Assembly: GCA_011109175.1 (NCBI GenBank)
Contig: RDEW01000021.1
Coordinates: forward strand, 1,018,585 to 1,082,584
From: Dicyema japonicum
Lineage: Eukaryota; Animalia; Dicyemida
Reading direction: 5' to 3'
Length of the DNA stretch: 64,000 nucleotides
In this document: positions 12,861 through 27,109 of the stretch, piece by piece
Numbering within the stretch: position 1 is the stretch's first letter
How the letters are laid out: each line of letters starts with the position of its first letter
Translations under genes and position numbers: made by a program
Notes under the pieces: generated by a model
What the model saw: the letters and a program-made list of their open reading frames with translations, nothing else
What the model was told of the DNA's origin: nothing
The model's database searches: none

Positions 12861-13585
12861 TATTTTGTATTTTAATAAAAAATTTGATTAGTTTTTTAAT
12901 ATTAAAAAAATTTCTTTGCAGATATATTTATCATAAAGTCAAAAAAGGTCAAAATTTCCGATATATAAAGTCAAAATAAAAATCTTCCAATTTATTAGAG
13001 AAGGGAGATTTGTCTGTAAGACAAAGGATCAGAGAAATCTATCTTGACATGAAGACAAGAATAATAATCGATTTTTTCTAAACGTAGAATGAATTTATTT
13101 GACATTGTGGACTTTGTTTATTCCAAAGTGTTTCAAGTGGGAAATAAACGGGCCTTTGGGTACTGAGTAATTGACGTTTTTTATTTGTAATTTATCATTG
13201 AGATAGAAATTGTATGTAAGTTATCCCGTGTTAGTGTACACCAGCTGTATGTCATCCCAATGCAAAGATAGAAGCAAAGAACATTGGAAGAAGAGTTGGT
13301 TCCGTAGAGACGATACATTTTTGATTTCTACGTTCCAGCTAACGATCTATCTTCTACGCATAAAAAACTGGAGAAATAAAAAAATATTAATAGAAGATAT
13401 ATTTAACTACAGAGATAATTTGAATTGGAGACAGTTTTGCTGCACTGTAGAGATATAGAAAATTAGACCATTTTTTTATCTTGAAGAGCCAACCACGCGC
13501 ACATTATTCAGTTTGAGGTTTTGAATATGGATTTGATTTCAAAAAGATGCTAATATAATCTTATTTATGTCTACTTGAAAAGTTT

Positions 13586-13780
13586 CCGGCTAGCGCAGTG
13601 TGAAGTTGTCGGGCAGAGGCATGAAGGGTGCTAGTTAGAATCTCGATACTGCACATTTCGGTTGGAGGTTCCATGCATCAATATGCTATATGCTTGACGA
13701 GTCGCCCTCATCAATGAACTTCACTGCAGAACCGGATCGTCCATAAAGGACATAATCCAAGAAAAAGAAACAAAGAAGTG
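13586..13780 (+). mobile_element. tRNA-derived SINE family A, copy 1
   Basis: A-box-like tagcgcagtg, degenerate B-box agttagaatc, and body ggttcca..catc...gcttgacgagt shared with four other copies. Confidence 0.7.
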
Positions 13781-15292
13781 AAAAGCAGTCCTTGATCTTA
13801 CTTGATTCTTTGCTTAAAATAAAGTGTGTGTTCTGCCTACGGGGAGCGATAACAAATATGGCTCCTCGGAAAGTGCGAATATTATTATGTCTATTTATGA
13901 AAATTACGTAAGAAATATATTAAACAGACTGACATAAAATGAGATACACAAACTTACAAATTTATAATATAGAACAGGGTCCGCAGGCTTTTGGCTTCGC
14001 GGCCAAAATTGTATTGTTCATGAGATTTGGGACAAACTAGATAAATTATTAACTTTTAAAAAGAAGTGAATTTTTAAAAAAAATAAATTATTAACGTCTA
14101 CGCTAATCTAGTTAGTTGCAAAAAATATATCGTTAATATGCGAATTAGTCATCCTCGTTCTTAGACAATTTTTACGTCATTCATCTTACTGTCACATAAA
14201 AATGCACTTCTAACTATAGAAGTCATTTTCGATTAGATGTTGATATTTTTTACATATACAAATTTTTGTAGAACTCAAAATATCAAATTCAAAAAAAATT
14301 TTGATTTAGTGTCGAATTGAATTTTAAGTAATCCCATGTTATAACAATCTGTTGTCTAAGTTTAAAAATAAATGAAGATTGAAAAAATGTTGAAAAATTT
14401 GTATAAACTGAAAAATTATTGTATAATCATTATACTTTTAAATCCATGAAACGTGATGAAAATTTTAATTCAATTCCACAACTATGTTTGCATATTCAGG
14501 AACATCGGTAGATTCATAGAAAGAAAATTCACAAAATGCGTCATATTTCCTCTTTGTAACTGTAATTCCACGACTTCAATTTTTTTTTGAAAAACAGTGA
14601 TTAGGGCATGCATTTAATGTATAAATTAATTACTTCCCCGCATTACAAATTTAGGTCATTTATGCCAAGTTATATCCACGAAAAATGTCAATTTGTAAGT
14701 GATAACAGTATTTTGTAAACATGAAAAATCATAATTCTTTTCCTCGAGGAAAAGTACAACATCATCCCGTATATTGATAGCGCGATTCTCCTGTGAACTT
14801 TAGAAATTTTAGTAATACCAATTTCATAATGTCGATTGATGTTATGAAGCTTTTGGACAGCAACTGTTATCGAAGCATAACAGGCATATAAGATTTCCAT
14901 TATCCTCAATAAAGAAATTGTCATGAGTCAAATCTGCATTAAATGTAGGAGTTTGAAAATCTTTCATTCTTTTCGGACATTCGGAATTTTAATTGGCAAC
15001 AAAATTTATTAACACGTTTTAAAATTTATTTAATTTTTAATGATAAGTAAAAAAATAAAAAATATTATACTAAATAGCCCGCGGGCCAATTTAGTAAGAA
15101 AATTTTGTAGACGGGCCAATTTCCTTTAGTATTATAAAATTTGTTCACGGACCATTTTAAATTTTCCGCGGGACACCATTTGACGACCACTAGTATAGAA
15201 GATAAATTTAATGTAAAATAATTCGATTAGTTTTTTTAATTAGGATTTTTTAAAATTATTATTTTAATATAAAATCTGTAATTTTTAAACAA

Positions 15293-17653
15293 ATGCAAAT
15301 TCCTTCTTTATATGCACTTTGCATTAATGACTTTCGAAAAAACATTAATATGAATAAATATGGTGGATTAAGCTCAAAATCGAAGACGATGATTTGCAAA
15401 AGAATACATTATGAAATTGAATATTTGAAAGAACAATTCACTGAAGATATTATCAGTGTTCAATGATTTCTCAACACTAAGTAAACTCACAAAAGTATGT
15501 TATAACATTTTCCGCCTTGATTTGTCGACTAATCAAATCGACATTAAAGATTTAGCAAATTTGTGCCAAAATCTACCAAATTTAACGAATATCAAATTAG
15601 CTAAAATAGCATCTTCTGAGAATTCGGCATATCTTCAGTATTCTCCAAATAATATCAATTCTTTCACACTTTTGGAATATGATGACCCAGTTTTACTTCT
15701 TTTGCTATTTAAAAGTGGATTCAGCGAAATTAGGTCACTCGAACTTTTATCAGATTCTCTTCTTGAAAAAAGTACTCCAACAAAAATTTATTGCTGCACA
15801 GTCAAGCTGATCAGAAAACTCGAAAGTATTAATTTTGACAATGTTCTGATATCTAATTTCGAAGAATTTTCCCAAAGTCTTGCCAGTCCCAGATCTCTAA
15901 AGTTTCTATTTTGTTAGATTAAGATATTTTTCGTATACAAACAGTAAAAATGTGCATAAATTAAGCTGCGATTGTAGACCGTTGCTAAAATAGCCAAGAA
16001 TTTAAAATTCTTGGATTTGTCTGGATTCTCGATTGATTATGAATTATTAAAACCGTATTTTACTGTTAGATTTTTAGAGAACTGTCCAAAAAAAAGATTA
16101 ACGAATTTTGCTTTCAAAAAATCGCAATTTTTCAAAACTAATGTCAATGTTATATTATTAATTGTAGATAGAATCAAACTTACTGATAGATAATTTGGTT
16201 AATGCAATTTTTCACTTTGAGTATAAGGACGGGCTGCTTTCTTCTACTTTAATTTATATTAATGATTGCGACTCTGAAATTCGGCCTTCAATTTATAAAA
16301 GATTTTTGAGGGTATTTGAAATTATAATTTTTAAGTTTATCTGCCGCTTGTTGAAAACATCACGAAATACTAAGCTTATTCAACACATTATGTAATCGTG
16401 TGCGTTGATTTGATAGGTATTGCTTAAAACCCATGAATGGAGTGCCCATATCTGAATCTTATCGATGGTTTGAGTTCATGTTAACTTAGTTTTATTTATG
16501 AAGCTGTCCTTGTTATTTTAGAAGAATATTGTTCACATAATAAGGTAGATTCATTTTTATTTTTTCAGTTCAGAAAATTATTATACACCGTTGGAATGGA
16601 TAAAACCATGGGAGTTATCAAATTTTGTATTTTGTTTTTTCATTTTAGTTATTTTCTTTTTCGTTTATTACTCAAACATTCATGAAAGATGTGTACTCAT
16701 ACATTGAACTATATATGGATGATGTTGATGTCATGTACCCCACAATGAAGAGTCAAAGTATAGAAGTTTTGTCTTATTTCGGATTTTACGAAATAATAAA
16801 GGTAATTGGTTAATTTAGATTTAGTCAATTGTGAATAATTTTGAAAAATACAAGCAACTAGAAAGATTCATTATTGTAATATGTCGTGGAGAATTTTGTG
16901 GTATCTTGTAGGTCATTTGTTACCTTATTTTTTAGATGCAAACAAAAAAAATGCCACCTTGTTGGTTGATTTGGGAGTGATTGATCTTATTATCGACTTC
17001 TTAGATCAATTTCATGAAAATATCTTCTATATGATCTTTATATATCCAATTTTTAATGTTTTTGAAAATCTAACTAAATTCGGGAAAATTCGACCTCTGG
17101 TTAGAAAGAGTGGACTAATTAATTGTGTATTGTATGTTTTGTGTAATTTTAATAGGAAATATGTCTATCACGAACATTGGCCGGATATATTGCTGCCATC
17201 TGCAATTGTCTATCAAACATAATGAGTGACTTCACTAAATACCTGAGGATTTGCGATATTTTTGATGCTGAAAATAATAACATGTCTGAAAATATTCTTT
17301 CTGTTCAAATGATAGTCGGGAAGATGAACTCTATGACAGATATCGTCGCTTAGATTTCATTAATACAAAAGATCGATTGATTCACTCGTAAACTTATTAA
17401 ATGAGGACTTGGATCAAAGACTAAGGCTGTGGGCCATTTGGGAATTTTCTCAAATGGTTTACTACAAGCGTAATATTTGTTGATTTAGTAGCACATATAT
17501 TTATCCCAATGATGATTCCTAAAAATGTCTTCAGTAAAATTGAGACTCTTTCTTCACTCTCTAATATTGAAAATCTACAAGAATATGCCATGAGTTTGAG
17601 AATCTTATAATGTATTTTTTGTATAATTTTAGAAATATCTTTCGAATCATTAA
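15293..17653 (+). pseudogene. ZYG-11/ZER1-like gene, copy 2, disrupted
   Basis: Same exon and intron layout as copy 1, with partly different lesions. Confidence 0.65.
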
Positions 17654-17737
17654 TATTAATGATATTTTCTTTATTTAATTTTTTTAATAACTTAAAACTT
17701 TTTGATGTCGTTAGGTTTAAGTTAGTTTTAAAATATC

Positions 17738-17859
17738 ATGTCACAGAGACTACCGATTACTGAGCGCGAAACGTTACTTAATGCTCGAATTTTTTTTTAA
17801 TTTTTTTCTAAGTCCATTCGGGTAACGAGTACTCAGTAATTCGTTATTGACTGTGACAT
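17738..17859. mobile_element. Small hairpin MITE
   Basis: Inverted repeats atgtcacag/ctgtgacat, attactgag/ctcagtaat and cgttac/gtaacg. Confidence 0.6.
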
Positions 17860-17980
17860 TTTATCATCAAAAAATAAACAAAAATTTATTAACTCAAAAG
17901 TTATTAACTAAATGAATGTTGACAAGAGATTAATAAGCGTGTTTTGCACCGACTCTGTTGAATTTGAATTACTAACTTTT

Positions 17981-18392
17981 GGTTACATGAAAATTCATCT
18001 AAAACAATTCATCTAAATAAAATGCATCTAAAAACAATTCGTCTAAATCGTCATGTTTGTCTAATAGCAATTAAATCATTTTATTCAAGATATTTAAAAA
18101 GAAATATTGTGAGCTATTTTTCTAAGATATTCATTTATATGGTCAAATCTAAAATTTTCAACATTTCATTTTATGCGTGAAGCACTTGAGCGAAAACACT
18201 TTTTTGGGGATTGTACCTCTCTTCCAGCTACAAATTGTTCTTATAATGATTCATTCAAATTTTGTTTTTTGTCAGACACTCGATAAAATTCCATATATTA
18301 GGGTGGTGCGATCCAATTAGAAAAACATGACGATTTAGACGAATTAGCCTTTTATGACCAATTATTTTAAAAATGCTGTTTCTCATGGTTAC
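17981..18392. mobile_element. MITE with internally repetitive TIRs (MULE/foldback-like)
   Basis: aattcgtctaaatcgtcatgttt at ~18037 is inverted as aaacatgacgatttagacgaatt at ~18324. Tandem aattcatctaaa units are present. Flanks taactttt and taacattc may be a decayed TSD. Confidence 0.7.
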
Positions 18393-19214
18393 TAACATTC
18401 AGTCATTTAACGTTTGAAATTAATTGTTTAAGATGATAAGGTTGGAAATCAACTACTACATTGACACTGATTGTAACTAAATTTCACTATTTTTTGCAAA
18501 AATAAATTCACAGACTAGAATATCTCGAACCAGAATTCACACTATAAATTAACAGTCCTGAAAAATTATTAGAACTATTTTATTTTTCAATGAAATTCTA
18601 TTCATTTTTAGCATTTTCAGTATATCAACACCTTAAATAATGAATAATTAATGTACGCATGGAAAATGGGAGATTCCTTTATAGTAAGATAAATAAGATC
18701 CTATAAATTGTATATTTTTATATACTAGATTTATTTTTTATATAAGTTCTAGATTTAGTAATTTTAGCGCTAATAAATTTTTTATGTCGTATAAAATTCC
18801 CCAATCGGCTTCCTCCGCAAGGATCAAAGAAGGCATTTCCGTTCGACAGTGGGAACAATGGAGACGCACAGGCTTAGGATGGCACGTTTGGTTGCGGGAA
18901 CTGGGATCACCCAACTAGTTGACATTACTTTGTCTTTTTTTCTCGGTGATCCACTTGTCCTGCTTATAAGTTATGAGGACACTTTAGTTTTGATTTGAAG
19001 AATTCCTTTGGAAGTGCCATTCAGTTTCCTGACACTCAATTACTTACTTTCTATTGTTGAAGATTTTCTTTGCTGCATAGAGTTGATCGGAATAACTAAG
19101 GGATGTGACAATTTTGTAAATTCATATTTTGAGGATATAAAGTTGGATTGGAATGCGTGGGTATCTGCACTGATGTTGCTGCAACGATGACCGAAAAGTA
19201 TGATAATGCGCTAC

Positions 19215-19532
19215 GTGGGTCCATGTGGTGCTATGTGGCTAATTGGTTGAAGTCATCTGTTTGCTTGTTTGTTCCACCTCTCTCTTCATATTAGAGTGGC
19301 GTCATGTGATCCGCCTGTCTAGGTGGCGCCCAGTGCTTGGCTGGCACGAAAAGGATCATTTGCTTTCCCACAATCCACTGGAGGGGATTCCACAACTGCA
19401 AGTATGGACGTCTTTTACCCTATATGTTGATTGCGGATGGACTCTTTCTGTAGAAGTGGAAACTGGGTACATTTAGTTAGTTGTTTACTTTATCTTCTAT
19501 CTCGGTGTATCAGAGGTTAATAAAAAATAAAC
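19215..19532 (+). mobile_element. Short interspersed element family B, copy 2 (most complete)
   Basis: Leader ccatgtggtgctatgtggctaattggtt, full pseudoknot, shared body, tail gaggttaataaa. Confidence 0.85.
19298..19358 (+). ncRNA. HDV-ribozyme-like double pseudoknot, complete copy
   Basis: P1 ggcgtc/ggcgcc, J1/2 atg, P2 tgatcc/ggatca, P3 gcc/ggt, L3 tgtcta, ca, P4 gtgc/gcac, A-rich J4/2. Confidence 0.6.
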
Positions 19533-19544
19533 AATAACTGGGCA

Positions 19545-20275
19545 ATTTAAAACCTGTGGCAGAACGACCGAAGGCAATGGCGCGGCAACCAATTCTTCAC
19601 TGGATTTTGGGACAAGATTATCTGTTCGGAGATTGGAGTCCAACAAGAAGACCCACTTGGTCCACTTCTCTTCGCTCTGGCCATCAATGAAATTGTCCGC
19701 TCTATCAACAGAACTAAACCTCTGGTATCTTGATGACGCCACGATTGGAGGGCCGTGGTGAAAAGTTCATGACGTTCTGTCACAAGCCGTTCCGGCACTA
19801 CGAAACCTCGGACTTGAGATAAACATAAAGAAATCGGAGCTAATAAATATCACATACTCGGAAAGTGATTTTATCAACGTGGTCGAGTCTTTCAACTCGG
19901 TACTACCTAGAATTAATGTTGTACCCAGGGAGCGGACATACTTTCTTGGGTGCCCACTTGACGAAAAGGAACTAACAAAAGAGGATGAACTCTCTAGAGT
20001 TACGGAGAAACTATCCTTACTCGATGCTCATACAGCGTTCTTCCTTTTGAAGAATAGCATCTGCTTGCCCAAATTCCTATACGCTTTCCGATGTTCTCCC
20101 TGCTTTAAACATCGTGACATCCTCCTGTCACTGGATAGGACATTGAGAAAATTAGCCGAATTGCTTCTAAACATTCACTTTGACGTGCCGAGTTGGAATC
20201 AATGCAGGCTTCCTACACGGCTCGGAGGTATAGGTCTCAGGTTGGCGCTGGAGATGGCCTTTCCAGCATATGTGT
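19545..20275 (+). mobile_element. CRE-type LINE, RT fragment
   Basis: GVQQEDPLGPLLFAL, LNLWYLDDATIG, LDAHTAFFLLKN, RLPTRLGGIGLR. Confidence 0.9.
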
Positions 20276-20769
20276 TCATCGCTCTCAAGTGTATTAGTAA
20301 AATACTGATAATTGTTAAAAAACTATGTGTTCAAAAAATGTCATTTGAACCACTGCTCTAGAAAGTATGGTAATTGTGCACAAGCGCGGATTCACGGTGT
20401 CTAATAGAGAGTTCGTTACTGCTCCAAACCAACTGTTAAATTCCCATTAATGGTGGTTTTGGTGATATCTCATTCGAGAAAGGGGATATAGATGAACTCA
20501 AGAGGGGGTGATTTTCTGTGATTCGAACAGGACACCACAGTAATACTCAAATTATGATTTACTTTGGTTGATCATAATTCTTTATATTGAGAAATTCTTT
20601 AAGGTTATTAAGAATCCTCTCGTGCTTGACCAGTATCCTTCATCTTTCTTTTTTCCTAAGCGTGACTATGCCGTCTTGTGCGAATAGTCCCTCTTTTATT
20701 TTGCCAATGTTGGTAATTACTAGAGGATTTATTCTTGTATGTCACCTTTAAACACGATTGTATCAGATA

Positions 20770-21050
20770 ATAAATAAAATGATTCAAAAGACCGAACTAA
20801 TTCTTTCATCCTGACACGTTCCAGTGGAACCTTCACTAAGAACAGTGATCTAGAGAGCGTTGTTCGGAGAGCTGAGGTCGATTCCATAACTCGTTCCCTA
20901 GGGAACGAAATTGTCTTAATGGGAAAGAATAGTTGGATTCTTTTGAATGCCGCCCAGGCATTTGGTGTCTCTGAGTAAGAAGAGTCCAATGACGCCATCA
21001 GAGTGAAAAAGGGAAATTTTCAACCAATTAGCCACATAGCACGACGGTGT
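20770..21050 (-). mobile_element. Short element family B', copy 1 (leader, pseudoknot at 20934-20996)
   Basis: Minus-strand gtgctatgtggctaattggtt leader, then ggcgtc..tggactc..gacacc..atgcc/ggcat..gaatcca. Body is shared with 44610-44845. Confidence 0.7.
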
Positions 21051-21493
21051 CACGTGATTAAATTTATTCAACACATATGATAAGTAAAGTCGAAACGATT
21101 GAAAAAGAACATACTCGAAGATCTTTTATGGATCTTTATTAAGTTTAAGACAATTTTCATATCCAAGGTATATAATTTTACATTTTATTTTTTGGCAACT
21201 CTTCAACTGTAATTACTCAATTTCCATTCATTACACTTTTTAATTTTTTTATAACTTGTTAATAATGTGGTGGAGAAAGTCAAATAATATTTTATCTCAA
21301 CATCAGGGATTTGGAAGCAAACTAACACGTTACCAAACAATTAGAAAGAAAGAACAACGAGGACATACAACTAAAAGTGAATTTAATATTAAATGATAAT
21401 TAATTATATTTAGCTATAAAATTCATTAAAAATATAAATAAGTTTAACAAATAAAAAAAATTTAAATTTTCATTTTTTGTAGTGTTCTAGTAG

Positions 21494-23995
<2,502 letters not shown>

Positions 23996-24239
23996 TTTTG
24001 TTAATGATTTGTTATTTCTAATGTGATGATTATTTCTGTTGGTTCAATGTTGGTATTGGCTGGCCAATTCAGTTGACTACCTATCTTTGTCCGGGCTCTT
24101 ATTCTGTATGTTTGATAAGCTCGTAGCTGCACATTGGTCACAGAGTTTCCCCTTAAAGGTTTTCTTACATTAATCTCGAATTCGAAACTTTGGTTTAATT
24201 ATTATGGCACATGCGCTGTTGATGATTAATTTGTTATTA

Positions 24240-24472
24240 TTTTTATTGAGGGGTCGAATTTTTCTAACCCTAACCCGCCGTGACAGAATTGGCAAACTTG
24301 GTGGGGGTCTTCTTATCCAGTTCCGCAGTGAGTATCCACTGATGACGGCGTCACTCGTCAAACCCTTTCTGCATTGTAGATGCGTGGAACCTTCCACCAG
24401 GTGAACAGAAGCGAGATTCGAACCCGTAGCCTAAGCCACTTAAGCCCGACACCTAATCACTATGCCACCCGG
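24240..24472 (-). mobile_element. tRNA-derived SINE family A, copy 2 (best Pol III boxes)
   Basis: Minus strand has A-box tggcatagtga and B-box ggttcgaatc, then the shared body and an A-rich tail. Confidence 0.8.
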
Positions 24473-24489
24473 TTATAACCACCGCTATG

Positions 24490-25087
24490 TATAAGAAAAT
24501 GCAGAAGATGTGGAGTTAGCGAAAACTAATAAAAACAAATCTAAGAATAAGACTATACAACGCATATATAAAGCCGGGGCTTATGTACAACTGGGGTACA
24601 TGGGGGTCACAAAGCTAGAGCTCAAGAAAATGGATATATTTCATCGCAAACAATTAAGCAATTGAATGGGCATAGGTTGGTCCAAGAAGATTTCCAAATA
24701 TGAAATTATACTCTTTGGCACAATCGAGGCCAACAGGCATCGACATTATTGAATCAAGATGGAGATTTTTTGGGCACGTGCTTAGAATGGACATAAACGC
24801 TCTGCAAATATAATAATGGACAATTACTTTAACAATGAGAACAAATTATCGTTCAGAGGAAGACCCAAAGTCATTCTCCCTGTGGCTCTGAACAAGGATC
24901 TTAATTGGATTAGAAGAAATATTAAATCTGCAGAAGACCTAGAAGATCTAAGGACAGATGCGCAAAGCAGAAAGCGATGGAGACGTCTAGTGAAGCAGAT
25001 TTTTGAAACGTGTGACAAAAACGGGGCCATAGTTAATATAACGTTCTTTAGTTATGTGAAGTGCTTTTAATAATATTTAATAATAAG
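24490..25087 (+). mobile_element. RTE-type LINE, 3' fragment with (TAA)n-like tail
   Basis: YNWGTWG, SRWRFFGHVLRMD, FRGRPKVILP, then gtgaagtgc and taataa tail. Confidence 0.85.
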
Positions 25088-25689
25088 AAAATATTTTTAA
25101 TATGTTAAAGCAAAATATAATTTGTTTAAAGCAAAATATTTCCCTGTTTTCGAGAGCTTCGAACCCCTTTTTGTTACATTTATCAGAATAGACGGATTCC
25201 ATTAAAAAATGCCCAAGGCCGTTCATATTTCTGATGAAGAACGCTTCACATCTTTAATCGATAAATAAATCAGTATCAATAACTGACCTCTTGGCTACGC
25301 TAATGAGCTTCACACGTATGACCCTCAGAATTACTGCCTCGGAACAAGATCGTAAACCAAAATATCATTTTTCATACGGCGTAAAGTATCATTTTCATCG
25401 AAAATAAGAAAGAATATAGATGTTTTTTGTCCTTACTAAAGTTCGGAAACCTGAACACTAAAGCAGAGGGGTGAACCGAAAACTGATGGAAGGTGACGTC
25501 CGTGCTTCTCTAAGAGTTTGAAACCATGTCCAACAGTTTTGGAGTTACTGAGAAAAAACACCTTGCTCCACCTTCAAACCATTTCCACCTAACGCTGCCA
25601 AGAGATCTTTTAATATCACCTTGTTCCACCTTCACCTGAAACGAAATGATGAGATGAAAAAAAATCGTTTGCATGAAGTAGATTCCGGT

Positions 25690-26030
25690 TCCAGCTATGT
25701 AAACGATTTAATTTTAAAAGCTACTTTTGTTGCGGCACCAAGCTCTGATCACGTCTATCATCGACATGTTTCGCGTGGAATAATTTATAGAGGTTCGTTC
25801 CCATATTTGCTGGATTTCTTTTATGAGAGATCTATTGGGAATTTATAATGGAGTTAGGGGAGGAAGGACTTTTTTTAGTGACTTGGTGGATGATAACGTA
25901 AGAAATTGAAAAGCTGACAGGAAGACCCCTTAGGGCCCTTGCTTTAGCTTATTTAATGTGATGCGCATCATAAACTGTTAATTCAACTTGCGGTACTTTG
26001 ATGATGCCACAATAGCTGGCCCATGGTGGA
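25690..26030 (+). mobile_element. CRE-type LINE RT remnant
   Basis: QEDPLGPLL and NLRYFDDATIAG motifs. Confidence 0.6.
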
Positions 26031-27049
26031 GACATGTATATCGCAAGCCAATCAAGCATTAGAAACCTTATACCAGGGAAAAATGACTGGGATAAGTAGA
26101 TGTCTTGAAAGTGTTAAAGAATTTACAGAATCATCAATTTTAGTAATTTCAGCTCCACCTTCATGCTACCATATTTAATTTGCTGATGACATAGGTCAGT
26201 TATCTAGATTTCCTGGTTCGATAAGCAGAAGATAGGGAGACCATGATTGCTTCTCAATTTTCTCCCTAGCGCTTTTACCGAAATATTTCTCTTGCAATCG
26301 AGATATATGGGCCAAGTTCTGGTAATTTTATCATCTGTAACCAGGTGTTTATGACCTCTTTGCAATGGATAACGTTCTCTCCAATCACAATTGAAAGTGT
26401 ATGAGCGACATAGCTTCAGCCTTTGAACTGATCAATAACCCAAACAAAAGAAACATTTCTTCCATCCTATTATGTCACAAGGTTATTCGATTCAGGACTA
26501 GTGAAATACTCACAAAAAAGAATATTTGATAGAGATATTCATTTTAACATAACTATGCGCCTTTTATTTCTTAGCGAAAGATGCAAACGAATTATCCGCC
26601 TATAACATAAGATCGAAGACATGGTTGATCCAATAGAGTGAAACATGGTTTTGTGTATTTTCAAAACTTCAATTTTTCTCTGAATGTCTTTTTTCACTTT
26701 TTCTAAATAAAATATAAAAGATATCTCGTTTCCGCCGAAAGTCTTATAAATAATATCCGAAATTAACGACAAGGAACATTGAATTCAATGCTTGATAACG
26801 AGGCGTTCATAATTTGAATTCATTCTAAATTACCTCGATGGTACCATCCTAGTAGCTTCCATTTTGCACAAAATTAAATCCAAAATTTTCCATAATCTAG
26901 TCAACCACTTTTAAACCTTGACTTTGTTAATTTACTGACTTGATGATTATAATATACTTCATTTGTCGACTTTGCAAATATCCCACTCTTTTTATGCAAC
27001 GTGTTGAACTTAATGAAAATTCTGTGTTACTCGTACCACAAAGAGTATC

Positions 27050-27051
<2 letters not shown>

Positions 27052-27090
<39 letters not shown>
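27052..27090. repeat. Poly(T) run, ~39 nt
   Basis: Directly visible. Confidence 0.95.
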
Positions 27091-27093
<3 letters not shown>

Positions 27094-27109
27094 GCAAGAA
27101 ATGTTAATG

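Larger units (their letters stand above)
14778..17926 (+). repeat. Segmental duplication, copy 2
   Basis: Colinear with 8352-11258. Has ~200 extra bp at ~14925-15130 and a longer hairpin element at 17738-17859. Confidence 0.95.

Noticed and set aside
24264-24276. Telomeric repeat (ctaaccctaaccc)
   Set aside because: Only two units, located inside a SINE tail.
24339-24363. Hammerhead ribozyme core (ctgatga...)
   Set aside because: No GAAA follows the putative stem II, and CUGAUGA is not kept in the other SINE copies.
24400-24472. Functional tRNA gene
   Set aside because: A and B boxes are present but there is no convincing acceptor stem, and the sequence continues into a repeated SINE body.
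26300-27000. Possible MPN/JAMM-like gene on the minus strand (LLGWYH)
   Set aside because: A single short motif, and I could not build a consistent exon chain.
27052-27090. Poly(A) tail of a retrocopy
   Set aside because: The adjacent hAT sequence is in the wrong orientation for a sense mRNA tail and no TSD is visible. A homopolymer expansion or assembly artefact is more likely.
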